Shown: in pieces, positions 38,710 through 51,214 of the stretch | How the letters are laid out: each line of letters begins with the position of its first letter | Numbering within the stretch: position 1 is the stretch's first letter | Source: Sphyrna mokarran | Lineage: Eukaryota | Direction of reading: 5' to 3' | DNA length: 64,000 nucleotides | Assembly (NCBI GenBank): GCA_024679065.1 | Contig: JAGIQG010000023.1 | Location: 10,416,001 to 10,480,000 of the forward strand | Program-made: the position numbers and the translations under genes | Notes under the pieces: model-generated | Database searches by the model: none | What the model saw: only the letters and a program-made list of their open reading frames with translations | Told to the model about the DNA's origin: nothing

Positions 38710-39200
38710 CATAGAATCATAGAGTCATAGAGGTTTACAGCATGGAAATAGGGCTTTGGCCCAACTTCTCCATGCCGCCCTTTCTTTTTTAAAAACCTAA
38801 AGCTAATCCCAATTGCGCACATTTGGCCCATATCTCTCTATACCCATCATACCCATGTAACCATCTAAATGCTCATTAAAAGATAAAATTGTATCTGCCT
38901 CTCCTATTACTTCTGGCAGCTTGTTCCAGATACCCACCACCCTCTCTGTGAACAAATTTCCTCTGAAAAGTGTCCTCTGGACACTTTTATATCTCTCCCC
39001 TCTCACCTTAAACCTATGCCCACTAGTTTTAGACTCCACTACTTTTGGGAAAAAATATTGGCTGTCTAACTGATCTGGCTCATTACTTTATAGACATCTA
39101 TAAAATCACCCCTCAGCCTCCTGTGCTCCAGAGAAAAGAGTCCCAGTCTATCCAACCTCTTCTTATAACTCAATCCAACAAGTTCCGATGCATCCTCGTA
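38710..39200 (-). mobile_element. CR1 LINE 3' fragment in gene A intron 2
   Basis: LSYKKRLDRLGLFSLEHRRLRGDFIDVYKVM and FTERVVGIWNKLPE motifs on the minus strand. Confidence 0.85.
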
Positions 39201-39829
39201 AATTCCTCCAACGTAAGAACTTAAGTGGACATCAATTACCCACCAAAGGGCCATAGTTGACCCATAAGCACTAACACTACCCTACCATTGAAAAAATTGC
39301 ACTGGGAGCAGGGGTGGGCAGTGTTGTAATATGTCTTTAATGGGCAGCAGCCCATAGAAGGGAAATGTGTTATGGAATCTAGTCTTTCCTGACTTGCCAC
39401 AACGGATTCCATGACAGATGTGATACGTCAGCCAAACACCCTTTCACTTAGGAGGAAGCAGAAGATCCTACCATTGGGCAGGGCCAGGCAACTACGGTCT
39501 TAGTTTCACTTTTCCCTCTGAGCAGAGCACAGAACATGTGTCTGATATCCTCAAGTTTTCTACTTCTGTCCAAATATTCTCACGTGTCTAGTCTCAATAA
39601 ATGAACCTACAATGTGTTTAAACAATCCCTTATGAATGATCAGTGCCTGTATCATTATAACAACATAGCAGATATGGAGGCGGTATGTATATCCCCTTTG
39701 CATTGAAGATACCATTCCTCCCACCCACTATCCCCAACCGTCACACCCGCTGGTAAGTGAGCATTAAATTCAACATAAGATGTATAAATTTAGTACTAAT
39801 ATACCCATGTAATTTTTCATGTTTTTAAA

Positions 39830-40152
39830 TCACGGTGGCACAGTGGTTAGCACTGCTGCCTCATAGCACCAAGAACCTGGATTCAATTCTGGCCTTGGGT
39901 CACTGTCTGTGTGGAGTTTGCATGTTTTCCCTGTGTCTGTGTGGGTTTCCTCCAGGTGCTCTGGTATCCTCCCATAATCCAAAGATGTGCGGGTTAGGTT
40001 GATTGGCCATGCTAAATTGATCCTAGTGTCAGAGGAATTAACAGGATAAATGTGTGGGATTACAGGAATAGGGCCTGAGTGGGATTGTGGTCAGTGCAGA
40101 CTTGATGGACCAAGTGGCATTCTTCTGCACCATAGGGATTCTATCATGCTAT
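39830..40152 (+). mobile_element. HE1-type V-SINE (type A tail)
   Basis: Near-consensus sequence. Confidence 0.85.
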
Positions 40153-40246
40153 GAAATTGCAAATTTATCTATGATGATTTAGTCAGATATGTAGTGTAAC
40201 TTGGCAGTGCAATCTAATAACGATGATGTTATATAATTTTTAACAG

Positions 40247-40295
40247 GTCCCAAAGCACTTCTTGCAATCTCTTCATCTGACAAGGAAATTCAAAG
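40247..40295 (+). CDS. Gene A exon 3: short stalk (G)PKALLAISSSDKEIQ(R)
   Basis: tttttaacAG acceptor, CAAAG|GTAAAT donor, 49 nt, phase 1-2, open frame. Resembles the gene B stalk exon (PK...DKE..R). Confidence 0.85.
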
Positions 40296-40839
40296 GTAAA
40301 TGTCATGTCTGTTTAAAAAGGCCCAATCTGAACAATTATTCTGTCTCTACGCAATTGTGACCACACTAAAGAAAGAACACCAAGGAGATTGATGAGGATA
40401 TTGCCAGGACTGAAGAATGTGCAAACATGAAGAAAGATTGGGTAGGCCGGGATTGTTTCCCTGGGAACAAAGGAGGCAAAGTGAAGATCCAACTGAGACG
40501 TATATAGTTTTGAGGAGCCGGATAGATGAAAAGGATTTATTTCCTTTAACAGGAAGGTCAAAAAATAAGAGGGCATTGATTTAAAGTAATTAGTAGAATT
40601 ACTAAAGCGGAAGTAATGGATGACTGTGGGATGAATTGACCACTTGGAAGGATGGTAGAGGCAGAAACTTTCACTGCATCTAAAAAAATACTTGGAAATG
40701 GATGTGACATGGCCTAGCTTACAGGGGTATGGACCAAGAATTGGAAGGTGGCTTTAGTCTGAAAACTCATTTTTTGGGCAGGCACAGACATGCCGGGCTG
40801 AATGGCGTCCTTCTATTCCACTTTTCTGTGTAAAAATTG

Positions 40840-41167
40840 TGTAATATCCCATTCACTGTGTTATGAGAATACAATGACTTCAATCAGGCCATTGAAGTTG
40901 GCCTATTGGAATACAAGCTACCTGATGAAGGGCCCCTAAGCGAATTTGATTTTGTTTATTTGGTTGGATGCAAAAAAGATGTCCCTGATTAAGGGCCAAA
41001 TTGATGGGCTGATCAAGGAGCCTCTTGCTTTGTATTTAACCAGGTGTGTCAGTTCTTCAGAGTGCTCTGCAGGTAGACTGCTAACTGAAAGCACACTGTA
41101 TGCCGTTGTCAGACTTTTAAATAAAGGAATTTTAGTCAAGGACTTCTGCCTCTGAAGATTCATTATG
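40840..41167 (+). mobile_element. Candidate solo LTR
   Basis: Starts TGTAATAT, with a TATA-like tatttaa and AATAAA near the 3' end. The end dinucleotide is degenerate. Confidence 0.35.
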
Positions 41168-41944
41168 GAGAGATATTGAATTGTTTTTCCAGCAGGGAGT
41201 AGGCTGCTTTGAGAGTAGGATTTAAATATGGTGAGTCAAATGCAACTTGGGTACAACTAAAAGCAGATATTTGTGCCTATGCAATGATGTTAAATGTGCA
41301 ATATTGAACTGGCATTCAGTTCTACATCTCTCCTGCTGTAGTTAATGGAAATACAAGTCAGGAGAGATGGCACTATCAGTTGGCTGCCTCTTGCATTCTA
41401 ATGCCAAGTAGTTAAAATCCAACCCAGACCCAGAAATGTTGTTACACTTTTGTCATTCTTTAACCACCAAAATCTACAAACTATTGCATGTCGAAGAATT
41501 TCCAGATCACTTATTTTTTTTCTCTTCTGTGGGGTGTGATCATCACTGGCAAGCCCAGCATTTGTTGTCCACCCCTAATTATCCTTGGACCAGGTCAGTT
41601 CAGAGGGCAGTTAGGGGTCAACCACATTGCTGTGGATCTGGACTCACAGGAAGGCTAGACTGGTAAGGATGAGATTTCCTTCCTAAATGATAATAGTGAA
41701 CCAATTCTTTTTTTCTAGGCATCACTAATTTGTTTCATGATCACTACTGCTAAGATTAGCTTTCAATTCCAGAATTTATTAATTGAACTGTGATTCCTTC
41801 CTTCATTTTACCAATGATCAAAGGTAGGCTGATTGATCAGGTTGGATTTGTCCTGCTTTTTGTGTACAGGAAATATCTGGGCAATTTTCCACATGACTGG
41901 GTAGATGTCAGTGTTGTAGCTGTACTAGAACAGCTTGACAAGGC

Positions 41945-42430
41945 AATTTTGGTTTGATTTATTATTGTCAGACGTATTTGTATACAGTGAAAAGTATTGT
42001 TTCTTGTGCGCTTACAGATGAGGTGTACTGTTCATAGAGAAAAAAAGGAAAGTGCAGAATGTAGTATTAGTTGTAGCTAAGGTGTAGAGAAAGGTCAACT
42101 TAATGAAAGGTCCATTCAAAAGTCTGATGGCAACAGGGAAGAAGCTATTTTTGAGTCAGTTGGTACATGATCTCAGACTTTTGTATCTTTTTCCTGACAG
42201 AAGAAGGTGAAAGAGAGAACGTCTGGGGTCCTTAATTATGCCGGCTGCTTTTCTGAGGCAGCGGCAAGTGTAGGTAGTGTCAGTGAGTGGAAGGCTGGTT
42301 TGTGTGATGGATTGGATTACATTTACAACCCTTGTCTTTTGGTCTTGGGCAGAGTTAGAGTCATACCAAGCTGTAATACAACCAGAAAGAATGCTTTCTA
42401 TGGTGCATCTGCAGAATTTGGTGAGAGTTG
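41945..42430 (-). mobile_element. Rex1/Babar LINE 3' fragment
   Basis: Reverse complement matches the 48250-48880 element (IESILSGCITAWY motif, aaatcaaa-type tail). Confidence 0.75.
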
Positions 42431-43407
42431 GAGGGAATTCTGAAGCAGTACTACTGCTGAAATATTGTCAGGATTCATTTTCTTTGCAGTATTCAGTGCC
42501 CTCAGTCTTTTCTTGGAATAATGTGGAGTGAATCGAATTGATTGAAGACTGACATCTGAGATGCTGGAGACCTCCAGAGGAAACTGATATGGATCTTTCA
42601 TTCAGCACTTCTGGTTGAAGATTACAACAAATGTTTCAGCCTTATCTTTTTGGTGCTCCCAGTATTAAGGTTGAGGATATGAGAGTCCTCCAGTGCATTG
42701 TTTAATTGTCCACCATCATTCACGGCTAGATGTAGCAGGGCTGCAGAGCTTAAATCTGATCCATGGCTTAGCTTTGTCTATTGCTGGCTGCTTATGTTGT
42801 TTGGAATGTGAGCAGTCCTGTTTGGTAGCTTCACCAGGTCAGCAGTTCATTTTTAGGTATATCTAGTGTTTCTCCTGGCATGTCCTGTTGCACTGAACCT
42901 CTTATTGATCTGTCTGCTAAGTGAAATAGTTCTGTCAACATCTGTGGAGAGAAGGGACAGGATTTTCCAGCCAGAACATTGAGATTGTCTTGACTGCGCC
43001 AGCTGGATTTTTGGCTGAGCAACCAAGTTCCCTGCGGCAATGGGTTCAGCATGATAAAGCCAGAAAATCCTGGCCAAGATAACCCTTCAGTTCTGATGCA
43101 GAGTTTGCATCTGAGATGTTGCAATCAGTTGCTCTTTCCATCACTGCTGACTGACCTGTTTCCACAGCTTCTGTTCTTGCATCATCATCTTTGCAGAAGG
43201 AGATCGTCAGAAGCTGATTTTTTTTTTCTCATTACATTACCATATCTAGTGAGAAAAGGGAACTGGGTATTTGCCATTTCATTGCCCCCTTGGCACTCGA
43301 TACTTTCCATGCACTTAGATAATGGATAAACTATCACAGATCAAAGTGAGTGCAGTTCAACAATTTACCACATGGCCCAGAAGCAGCAAAGACCACTATT
43401 CCACTAG

Positions 43408-43685
43408 TAGCACAGTGGTTAGCACTGCTACCTCAAAGCGCCAGAGACCTGAGTTTGATTCCTGTCTTGGGTCACTGTCTGTGTGGTATCTGCACATTCT
43501 CCCTTTGCCTATATGGGTTCCCTCCCACAGTCTGAAAGACGTGCTGGTTCGGTGCATTGATCATGCTAAATTCTCCCTCAGTGTACCCCAACAGGTGCAG
43601 GAGAGTGTGGCCTCTAGAGGATTTTCACAGTAACTTCATTGCAGTGTTAATATAAGCCTACCTGTGACTCTAATAACTTTAACTT
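43408..43685 (+). mobile_element. V-SINE with type B tail, about 90 bp upstream of the TM exon
   Basis: Consensus-like sequence. Confidence 0.8.
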
Positions 43686-43775
43686 GGGTGTAACCAAATA
43701 ATTCACATATCAAAGTTAACTCCATGAATTCAGGAACCTATTTTGATGACACCATTTTGCCTCTTATCTTCATAG

Positions 43776-43875
43776 GCAGAAGAATTACCTGTACCATTTC
43801 ATATGGAGTGTTTTACGTTGGATTTTCTTCGCCATTCTGCTGCTTTGGGCCATTTTAGTCAAACTGAAAATGTAA
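43776..43875 (+). CDS. Gene A exon 4: transmembrane exon (R)QKNYLYHFIWSVLRWIFFAILLLWAILVKLKM*
   Basis: cttatcttcatAG acceptor, phase 2 matches the stalk exon. About 21 hydrophobic residues with one intramembrane Arg. TAA at 43873-43875, then a donor CCG|GTAAGT at 43881. Confidence 0.88.
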
Positions 43876-45319
43876 AACCGGTAAGTTATTTTGTGCATTT
43901 AGGCACAAACTATTTACAAAAGTTGTTTATAATCTGCTCATTATAAATACTTGAGGAAGGATAGCAGGATAAGAACAAAATGGCCAGCATTTTACAGCCT
44001 GCCCCACTTGATGGATCCAACTAAACTATAAAATTATGAAAGGCATAGATAGAGTTGACACAGAGTGGTAGATGTCTAGAATGTGCTGCCTGAGTTGGTG
44101 GTGAAAGCAGGTACGACAGGAGTGTTTAAGGATTTTTAGATAAGCATATGAATATGCAAGGAATAGAGGAATTTCTATAGGAGGAAACCAGAACTCAGAG
44201 GAAACCCACGTAGATATCAGGAGAACATGCAAACTTCATGTAGTCACCCAAAGCCAGAACTGAACCTGGGTCCCTGGCACTGAGGCAGTAGTGTTAACCA
44301 CTGTGCCACCATTGCCACTCTGGGATCAAGCCCAGGAAGGGGTGCAGTGACTCATCCTGTCAGTTTGGATCTTATTGGATTGAGCCCAAGATGAGATGCA
44401 AAGTCTTGTTTATCGCACAAGTGTAGGTGAGGGGGAACCATGATTTTACTTAATTTGAATTGGCTTTTCTGATTAGAAATCAAATACTGAAGGACCTCTA
44501 TCAGCTGCTTTGCTGGGGGTTTCTGAATTTGACTATGTGTGCAGATATTTCCAGGGTTTTGCAAAATATGCTGAGGAAACCAAGCAAGGGGACTTTGAGA
44601 GGGCTGAACGAGTGACAGGCTAGAAATCCTTTAAATGCTAAGATCTATCACCTGTTTTCTTGTCTATGTGAAAGCCTTTTATATATGGGTCTGTCCTGTT
44701 TTCACTGTTCTAGTGGGTCCTGTGCATCTCCAGAGTGTGTGGCCTCCTTTGAGGAGTCTTCATCCTCTTCCCGCATCACATCCAATGGGATGCTTAAAGG
44801 TTTTCTGGGAGATGGAAGACATGAATTAGAGCTGTCAAATAAAGTGTTAAATCATCAATGTGTGTGTTTTCATATTTGAGTGGCCATTGAGACCAAGTTA
44901 ACTTAAATAAGTTTTGGATGGAGTATGACTGATTGTTAATTCTGTCATTGTGTATCTGAAGACTTCCAGATCTCCAGATGATCTGACACATTGACACTCA
45001 GCTTATCGCCAGTGAGTCCTTGCCAGAATCTCAGTGTGCAGGTTGTGTGAGGGTCACGTCCAGTTTTCTGCCACTCCCTGGGATTCTGTGATAGCCTCTT
45101 CCTTTCAGGAAAATCTAAGTGATCTCTCAGTGTGAAAAATAGAATATGCGAGAACACAAAGCCATTTGTGGATCATGATGACATTGAATTAAGATGAGGG
45201 TGAGATTCAGTGATGAATGGGAAGGTGAGGAGATGTGTAGACAGAGGGGTGGGTAGGCTTGAAAAGGCAGAGTAAGGAAGGTTGGGATAAGGTGTAGATC
45301 AGGATATACTTGAATGTCA

Positions 45320-45470
45320 CTCACCTTCCTGGTCTGCCTTGATCATTAAGCCACTCGCAGCAGAAGGAAGGTCCTGGTTCTGTTCACCACCTCAGCGATT
45401 TTCAACCACACCTCTACACCAGTCTTCCTCCTCCCATCAGCAAGTAACAGAAACTCACTCCCATCTCGGG
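45320..45470 (-). mobile_element. Degenerate PIF/Harbinger Myb/SANT-like ORF remnant
   Basis: Minus strand reads DGRRKTGVEVWLKIAEVVNRTRT, followed by a degenerate segment and a GT donor (gaag|gtgag). Confidence 0.45.
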
Positions 45471-46105
45471 CTAATTGTTGACAACTTGGGAAGTCAGATG
45501 ATAGTATCATCGTTGCTTTGAGAATTTACTGACAGGTTTCTGAAACCTCCTGACACACAGCTGAGTCCTACTGTCCTAACTATGCACTTTGACCCAGTTT
45601 CAATAGAGTAGTGCCACGATAGGATTACTTAATATGATACTCAGAGAAGGAAGGAAAGGTCCTCATAGGCCAGCAAGTTAGTTTCTATCTTTGATAAACA
45701 TAGAAAAAAGTATTGACAATTTGTGATTTGTGTTACATTTAAAACTGATTCTTTCTTTCTCTTAATACATTTTCTTAATTGGGCAGCAAGGTGGCACAGT
45801 GATTAACACTGCTGCCTCACAGTGCCAGGGATACAGGTTCAATTCCTGGCTTGGATCACCATCAGTGCAGAGTCTGCACATTCTCCCAGTGTCTCTGTGG
45901 ATTTCCTCCCACGCCCGAAAAAAGTTGCTGGTTAGGTGCTAAATTCTCATTCAGTGCATCCAAACAGGGACTGGAGTGTGGCAACTAGGGGATTTCCACA
46001 GTAACTTCATTGCAATGTTAATGTAAGCCTACTTGTGACACTCACAAATGAGTTTTAAACTATAATTTCAATATTCCTTTTAATCAACTGCGTTATAACA
46101 AAAGT

Positions 46106-46299
46106 CATGATGTGGAGATACCGGCATTGGACTGGGGTAAACACAGTAAGAAGTCTCACAACATCAGGTTAAAGTCCAACCAGTTTATTTGATAGTAAAT
46201 CCATAAGCTTTCGCAAATGCTGTTCCTTCGTCAGGTGTGTGGAAAGTTTACTATCAAATGAACTGGTTGGACTTTAACCTGGTGTTGTGAGACTTCTTG
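46106..46299. mobile_element. Fold-back Penelope-derived element with hammerhead core on the minus strand
   Basis: Same inverted arms as 11301-11478. The loop contains the reverse complement of cacCTGACGAaggaacagcatttgcGAAAgcttatg. Confidence 0.75.
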
Positions 46300-46859
46300 C
46301 TGTTATAACAAAGGCACAGATTTACTCTGATCCTAAAATTGTTGTGATGTTTGAAACATCCTTTGTTTCTCATTTCCAGGGTAATGGAATCTGTTACATG
46401 GCCATAACATCAACACCTACAATGGAGAATTTCAGTCAATCAAACAGCAAAGCTATCTTCACGCTGCCATTATTCACATGTGTGGTGTGGACTGCCTGAG
46501 GAATATTATGAAATAACCCTGCTATGTTCTTTCAAACCCATTCATTCTCTTTGAGGGTCACAATGACACAATGTAGGGTAAATATTGCAAATAGGTACAA
46601 GTTAACGCTACTAATTTCCTCCCACAGATGAAAGATGTGTTGGTTAGGTGGATTGGCTGTGATAAATTAACCCTAGTGTCAGGGGGATTAGCAGGGCAAA
46701 TATGAGGGGTTATGGGAACAGGGCCTGGGTGGGATTGTGGTCAGTACAGATTCTGAATGGCCTCTTTCTGCACTGTAGGAATTCTGTGATGTTATGAAAC
46801 CCTGTGGAATTTCACACAATGTACATCTGACAATATTTTCTGATTTTGTGCTTTGCCAG

Positions 46860-47180
46860 CAAGCTTCTGCAACTGGGAAAGCCTTAGTGGGAATTCAGGC
46901 ACAATCCCTCAATTATTTAAAGTAACCATCAGAAAAACTGTGTGCTTGCAGGATATGTACACTATCGGTGTACCCTCCAAGTGGATGAGACGCTTTGCCG
47001 GATATGTGCGCACTTAAGAATTGCTTCAGAAGAATGAATTGATCCTTTTTTTGTGCTCTGTAACTGTTGATATTGTAACATTGTCCTCAAAATCAATTAT
47101 ATTATTCTGCCTAATATTTATTTGCCTCTTAGTATCGAGTTAATTGCTTCTCAATAAATTTATATCTGATCACTGCTCAA
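46860..47180 (+). other. Candidate 3' UTR terminal exon of gene A
   Basis: Pyrimidine-rich acceptor tgattttgtgctttgccAG (46859), unique AT-rich sequence, AATAAA at 47153-47158. An alternative acceptor ttgtttctcatttccAG lies at 46379. Confidence 0.4.
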
Positions 47181-48249
47181 AAAAACATGTTTTAAGTGAT
47201 TTGAAATGGTCAGTTGCATAATTTATTTTAACTTATTTCTATTTCTTTATTGGTGGCACTGCTGTCTCACAGCGCCAGGGGCCCGGGATCAATTCTCGGT
47301 TTGGGTCACTATCTGTGCAGAATCTGCACGTTCTCCCCACGTCTGCATGAGTTTCTTCCCACAGACTGAAAGAAGTGCTGGTTAGGTGCATCGGCCATGC
47401 AAACTTCTCCCTCAGTGTACCTGGACAGGTGCCGGAGTATGGCGACCAGGAGATTTTCACAGCAACGTCATTCCAGTGTTAAGGCAAGCTGTCTTGTGGC
47501 ACAGCCAAATAACTTTGAAACTTATTGCCTGTTTCTTTAATAAAATTATTGCAGGTGAAGAAATTATCTGTTTGTCAAGCCACACAATGACCAAGTTGCA
47601 CAGCAAAATCGTGAACAACAACACTATCCCTCATGTGGTCACCTGTCCCTGACTGTTCAGTCACTCCAATAAACACATTCACCTTTTGTCATTATTAACA
47701 ACCTTCATGCCTTATTGGCACCATTAATACTCTGCTTTGCCTTAAGTCCATGACCTTGGTCAATATTTCCTTTGCCCCGAACTATTCCTGTTGTTTAAGG
47801 TGCCACAATGGCTCAATGGTTAGCGCTACTGCCTCACAGCACCAGTAAAATCTACAAACTTTCCTCGTGCTTGCTGAAGCAGAAGGTTATCTTTAGAATT
47901 CTCTGCTCATTGAAGCAGTGGAGGCTATTTCGTTAAATGTGTTTAAGTCACAGATAGACTTTTGATCATTAAGGGTTATGGGGAGCAGGTGGGTAAATGG
48001 AATTGAACCACATTAGATCGGTCATGACTTTATTGAATAGCGGGGCAGGCTCGAGGGGCTAAATGACCTACTCCTGCTCCTATTTCTTATGTTAATTTTC
48101 TGCATTTCATGTATAAAAACATCCAAGTCTCACTGAACACCAATATTTAATACCTTGTCGCTAGTCAAAAAATATACATTTTTTCTATTCTTCTTACCAA
48201 AAAGGATAATTTCACATTTCTCCACATTATCCACCATTTGCTACCATCC

Positions 48250-48880
48250 AACGGTCGAGAGCTTCAAGGTGCCCAGATCAATAACAACCTATCCGGTTCC
48301 CAAATGCCAACACTATAGTTAGGAAAGCCCACCAATACCTCTACTTTCGCAGAAGGAAATTTGACATGTCAGTTATAACTTTCACCAACCTTTATAGACA
48401 AACCATAAAAAGCATTCTTTCTGGTTGTATCACAGTTTGGTATGGCTCCCGCTCTACCCAAGACTACAAGGTACCACAAAAGGTCATGAATGTAGCCCAA
48501 TCTTTTATGCTAACTAACCTCCCATTGACTCTGTCTACACTTCCCACTGCCTCGGCAAAGCAACCAGCATAATTAAGGAACGCATACACTCCAGACATTC
48601 TCTCTTCCACTTTCTTCCTTCAGGAAAAAGATACAATAGTCTGAGGACATATATCAACCAACTCAAGATCAGCTTCTTCCCTTCTGCCATCAGACTTTTG
48701 AATGGACCTATTTTGTATTAAATTGATCTTTCTCTACACCCTAACCATGACTGTAACATTACATTCTGCACTCTCTCATTTGCTTCTCTATGCACGGTAT
48801 GTTTTGTCTGCATAGCATGCAAGAAACAATGCTTTTCACTGCATTCTAATCCACGTGACAATAACAAATCAAATCAAATC
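48250..48880 (+). mobile_element. Rex1/Babar LINE 3' fragment
   Basis: KAHQYLYF..TNLYRQTIKSILSGCITVWYG matches the Rex1 ORF C-terminus; (aaatc)n tail. Confidence 0.8.
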
Positions 48881-50989
48881 AGCGCTTTGCATTGGTGCCT
48901 CACACACCAAGGGCCTGTATTCAGTTCTGGCTTCAGGTAATCGTCTCTGGTGTCTGCACATTCTCCCCATGTCTGTGTGGGTTTCCTCCAGGTATTCTGG
49001 TTTCTTTCCACAGTCCAAAGATGTGCAGGTTAAGTTAATTGGCTATGCTAAATTGACCTTAGTGTCAGGGGGATTGGCAGAGTAAGTATGTAGAATTATG
49101 GGAATAGGACCTGGTGAGATTGTGGTCAGTGTAAACTCAATGGGCCAAATGGCCTCCTTCTGCACTGTAATGATTCTGTGATCCAGGTGACACCATCTAG
49201 TAAAGGCACCCAAGTTGCAAATGATTCCCAGTTGATTCCAAGACTCCATTTTCTGTCCTTTTACAAATCCCCTCTTCATGAGAATATATAACCGAACACT
49301 ACAAATAACCAGATGCAAATGTGTTGGGTATGATATTGCATTAGAAGTGGTGAAACAGCTGAAACTGAGACTAATGGGGCTGAGGGAGATGTTACAAAAC
49401 CTAAGAACAAGTGACGGTTGGCTCATGGGGGAGGGGAAGGGAGCAGCTTTGCATAGGAGCAAAAAATGTAAGGGACATTTATAAAAAGGTTAAGGTGGAA
49501 GAGAAAGGTCACAATTTAAAGCTGTTGAACTTAATGTTGAATCCCGAGGGCTGCACACCCATCAAGGGTCAGAAACTTCCAGCCCTGGTCTCAGCAATGC
49601 TAATGATGAACCTATTATCAATTGTTAAAAAAAAAGCATTTATTTCACTATTGCCGACTAGGGAAGGAAATCTGCCATCCTTACCTAGTCAGACCTCCAA
49701 GTGACTCCAGATTCACAGCAATGTAGTTGACTCATAAATGCCCTCTGAGAGGGTCCAGCAAGTTACTGAGTTCAAGGGCAGTTAGAAATGCATCGCCTTG
49801 CCAGGGATGCCCACATCACACAGATAAAATTTTAAAAATCATTATACTTTTCATGGATTAAGAAAGGTTTCCAGATTTTCTGATCCAATGGAATCAAAAA
49901 TTTGTTGGGACTCGGACATTGGAACCGTTTCCAGGTCCAAACCCCACTCCAAGCAATGTGTTGCTTGGAAGGCCACTTTGTGGCCAGGGACAGCTCTCAC
50001 TGACCAATTAAGGAAGGCAAATGGGGGGTTCCCCACGCTGGAGGGCCAATAGGGGTCCCTTCGGCAGTGACAGAGTGACATAAAGATATACGAATGCTGG
50101 AATCTGAAACAAAAACAGAAAATGCTGGAACATCTCAACAGGTTTGACAGCTCCACAGGTATTGTCAGACCGGCTGAGGTTTTCCAGCATTTTCTATTTT
50201 TGAGGGGGAGAGTGACAGCCTGATAGGGAGAGGGAGGATACCTTAAGATGTGGGCACCCTCTCTGGAGTTTCAAAGTGATCCAATAAAAACTGTCCTCCA
50301 TCTGCTGACTTGATTTGTCTGGCTTTGGATAAGATGAGGTAATAAACCGATGCAATCTCACAAAACCTCCATCTTCAGCCTAATGACCAATGTTGATTTT
50401 AAAGGATCAACATTATTTAGGATCCCAGAAATAACTCCTTTCCTCTTCCTTGAAATAATGTGTTGAGATCCACCTGGAGGGCAGCGTGGGATTTCTTGTC
50501 GCACGCATCCCATAAAAAGGCAGCACGTCCCACAGTGCTACATGGGAGTGTCAGCCTCGCTTTCTGCCCTTAGATCCTGGACTGGTACCAGAGCTTTTTG
50601 ACTCCAATGTGAGGACACAATGACTGAGTCGCAGCACGTGTGATTTTGTTTTCTGAAAACTCCAATCAAGAGTATCGAAATTGCGCCTGATCAGGAATTT
50701 GGACAAATTATCCCAAGCAGGAAAATGGCGAGAAGCAAATGAACTGGATCACAAAGCACATCTTATGTACAGAATTTGAATGATTTAATAGAGATTGCAA
50801 AAGCTGTACAGTTTTAACACTGCTTGCAGCAGTTATTCTGTTCCCAACAATTAAACAGTTGATCCAATTCTTCAAACAACACTAAGCGAACAATTAGACT
50901 TTTATATAGCAGCAGAGTGTTGTACCATGAATGCAGTGGTACTTATTTATTCAAACTAGACATGCTGTAAGGTCTGAGGGTGTCACAAC

Positions 50990-51145
50990 TGAAAACTGTC
51001 CTTTCTATTCTCAGTTTTTGCTGTGGTTGTGATCTCACAAGAGCTAAAGGGAAGGAAATGACTGGTTAGATGGTGCAGTGCAGAAACAGGACCACTGAAG
51101 TAAAGATCTGTGTCCGGAAAAGTGGAGCTGTAAAACGTCAAAACA
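50990..51145 (+). promoter_or_regulatory. Putative proximal promoter/5' UTR of gene B
   Basis: RUNX-type TGTGGTT 51022-51028 and purine-rich GGAA (Ets-like) motifs in unique sequence directly upstream of the leader ATG. Confidence 0.4.
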
Positions 51146-51185
51146 ATGGGTTCTATCCTTTTTCTGTCCGTTGCTTTCCTATCAG
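51146..51185 (+). CDS. Gene B (CD300/CMRF35/pIgR-like receptor) exon 1: signal peptide MGSILFLSVAFLS
   Basis: aaaacaATGg Kozak context, 40 nt hydrophobic leader, donor TCAG|GTAAGG, phase 1. Confidence 0.85.
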
Positions 51186-51214
51186 GTAAGGAAGTATTTA
51201 AAAAGATGTTATTG

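Noticed and set aside
26742-47004. Shared 15-mer acgctttgccggata at about 26742 and 46990
   Set aside because: A few 15-mer matches are expected by chance in 64 kb, and the flanks do not align.
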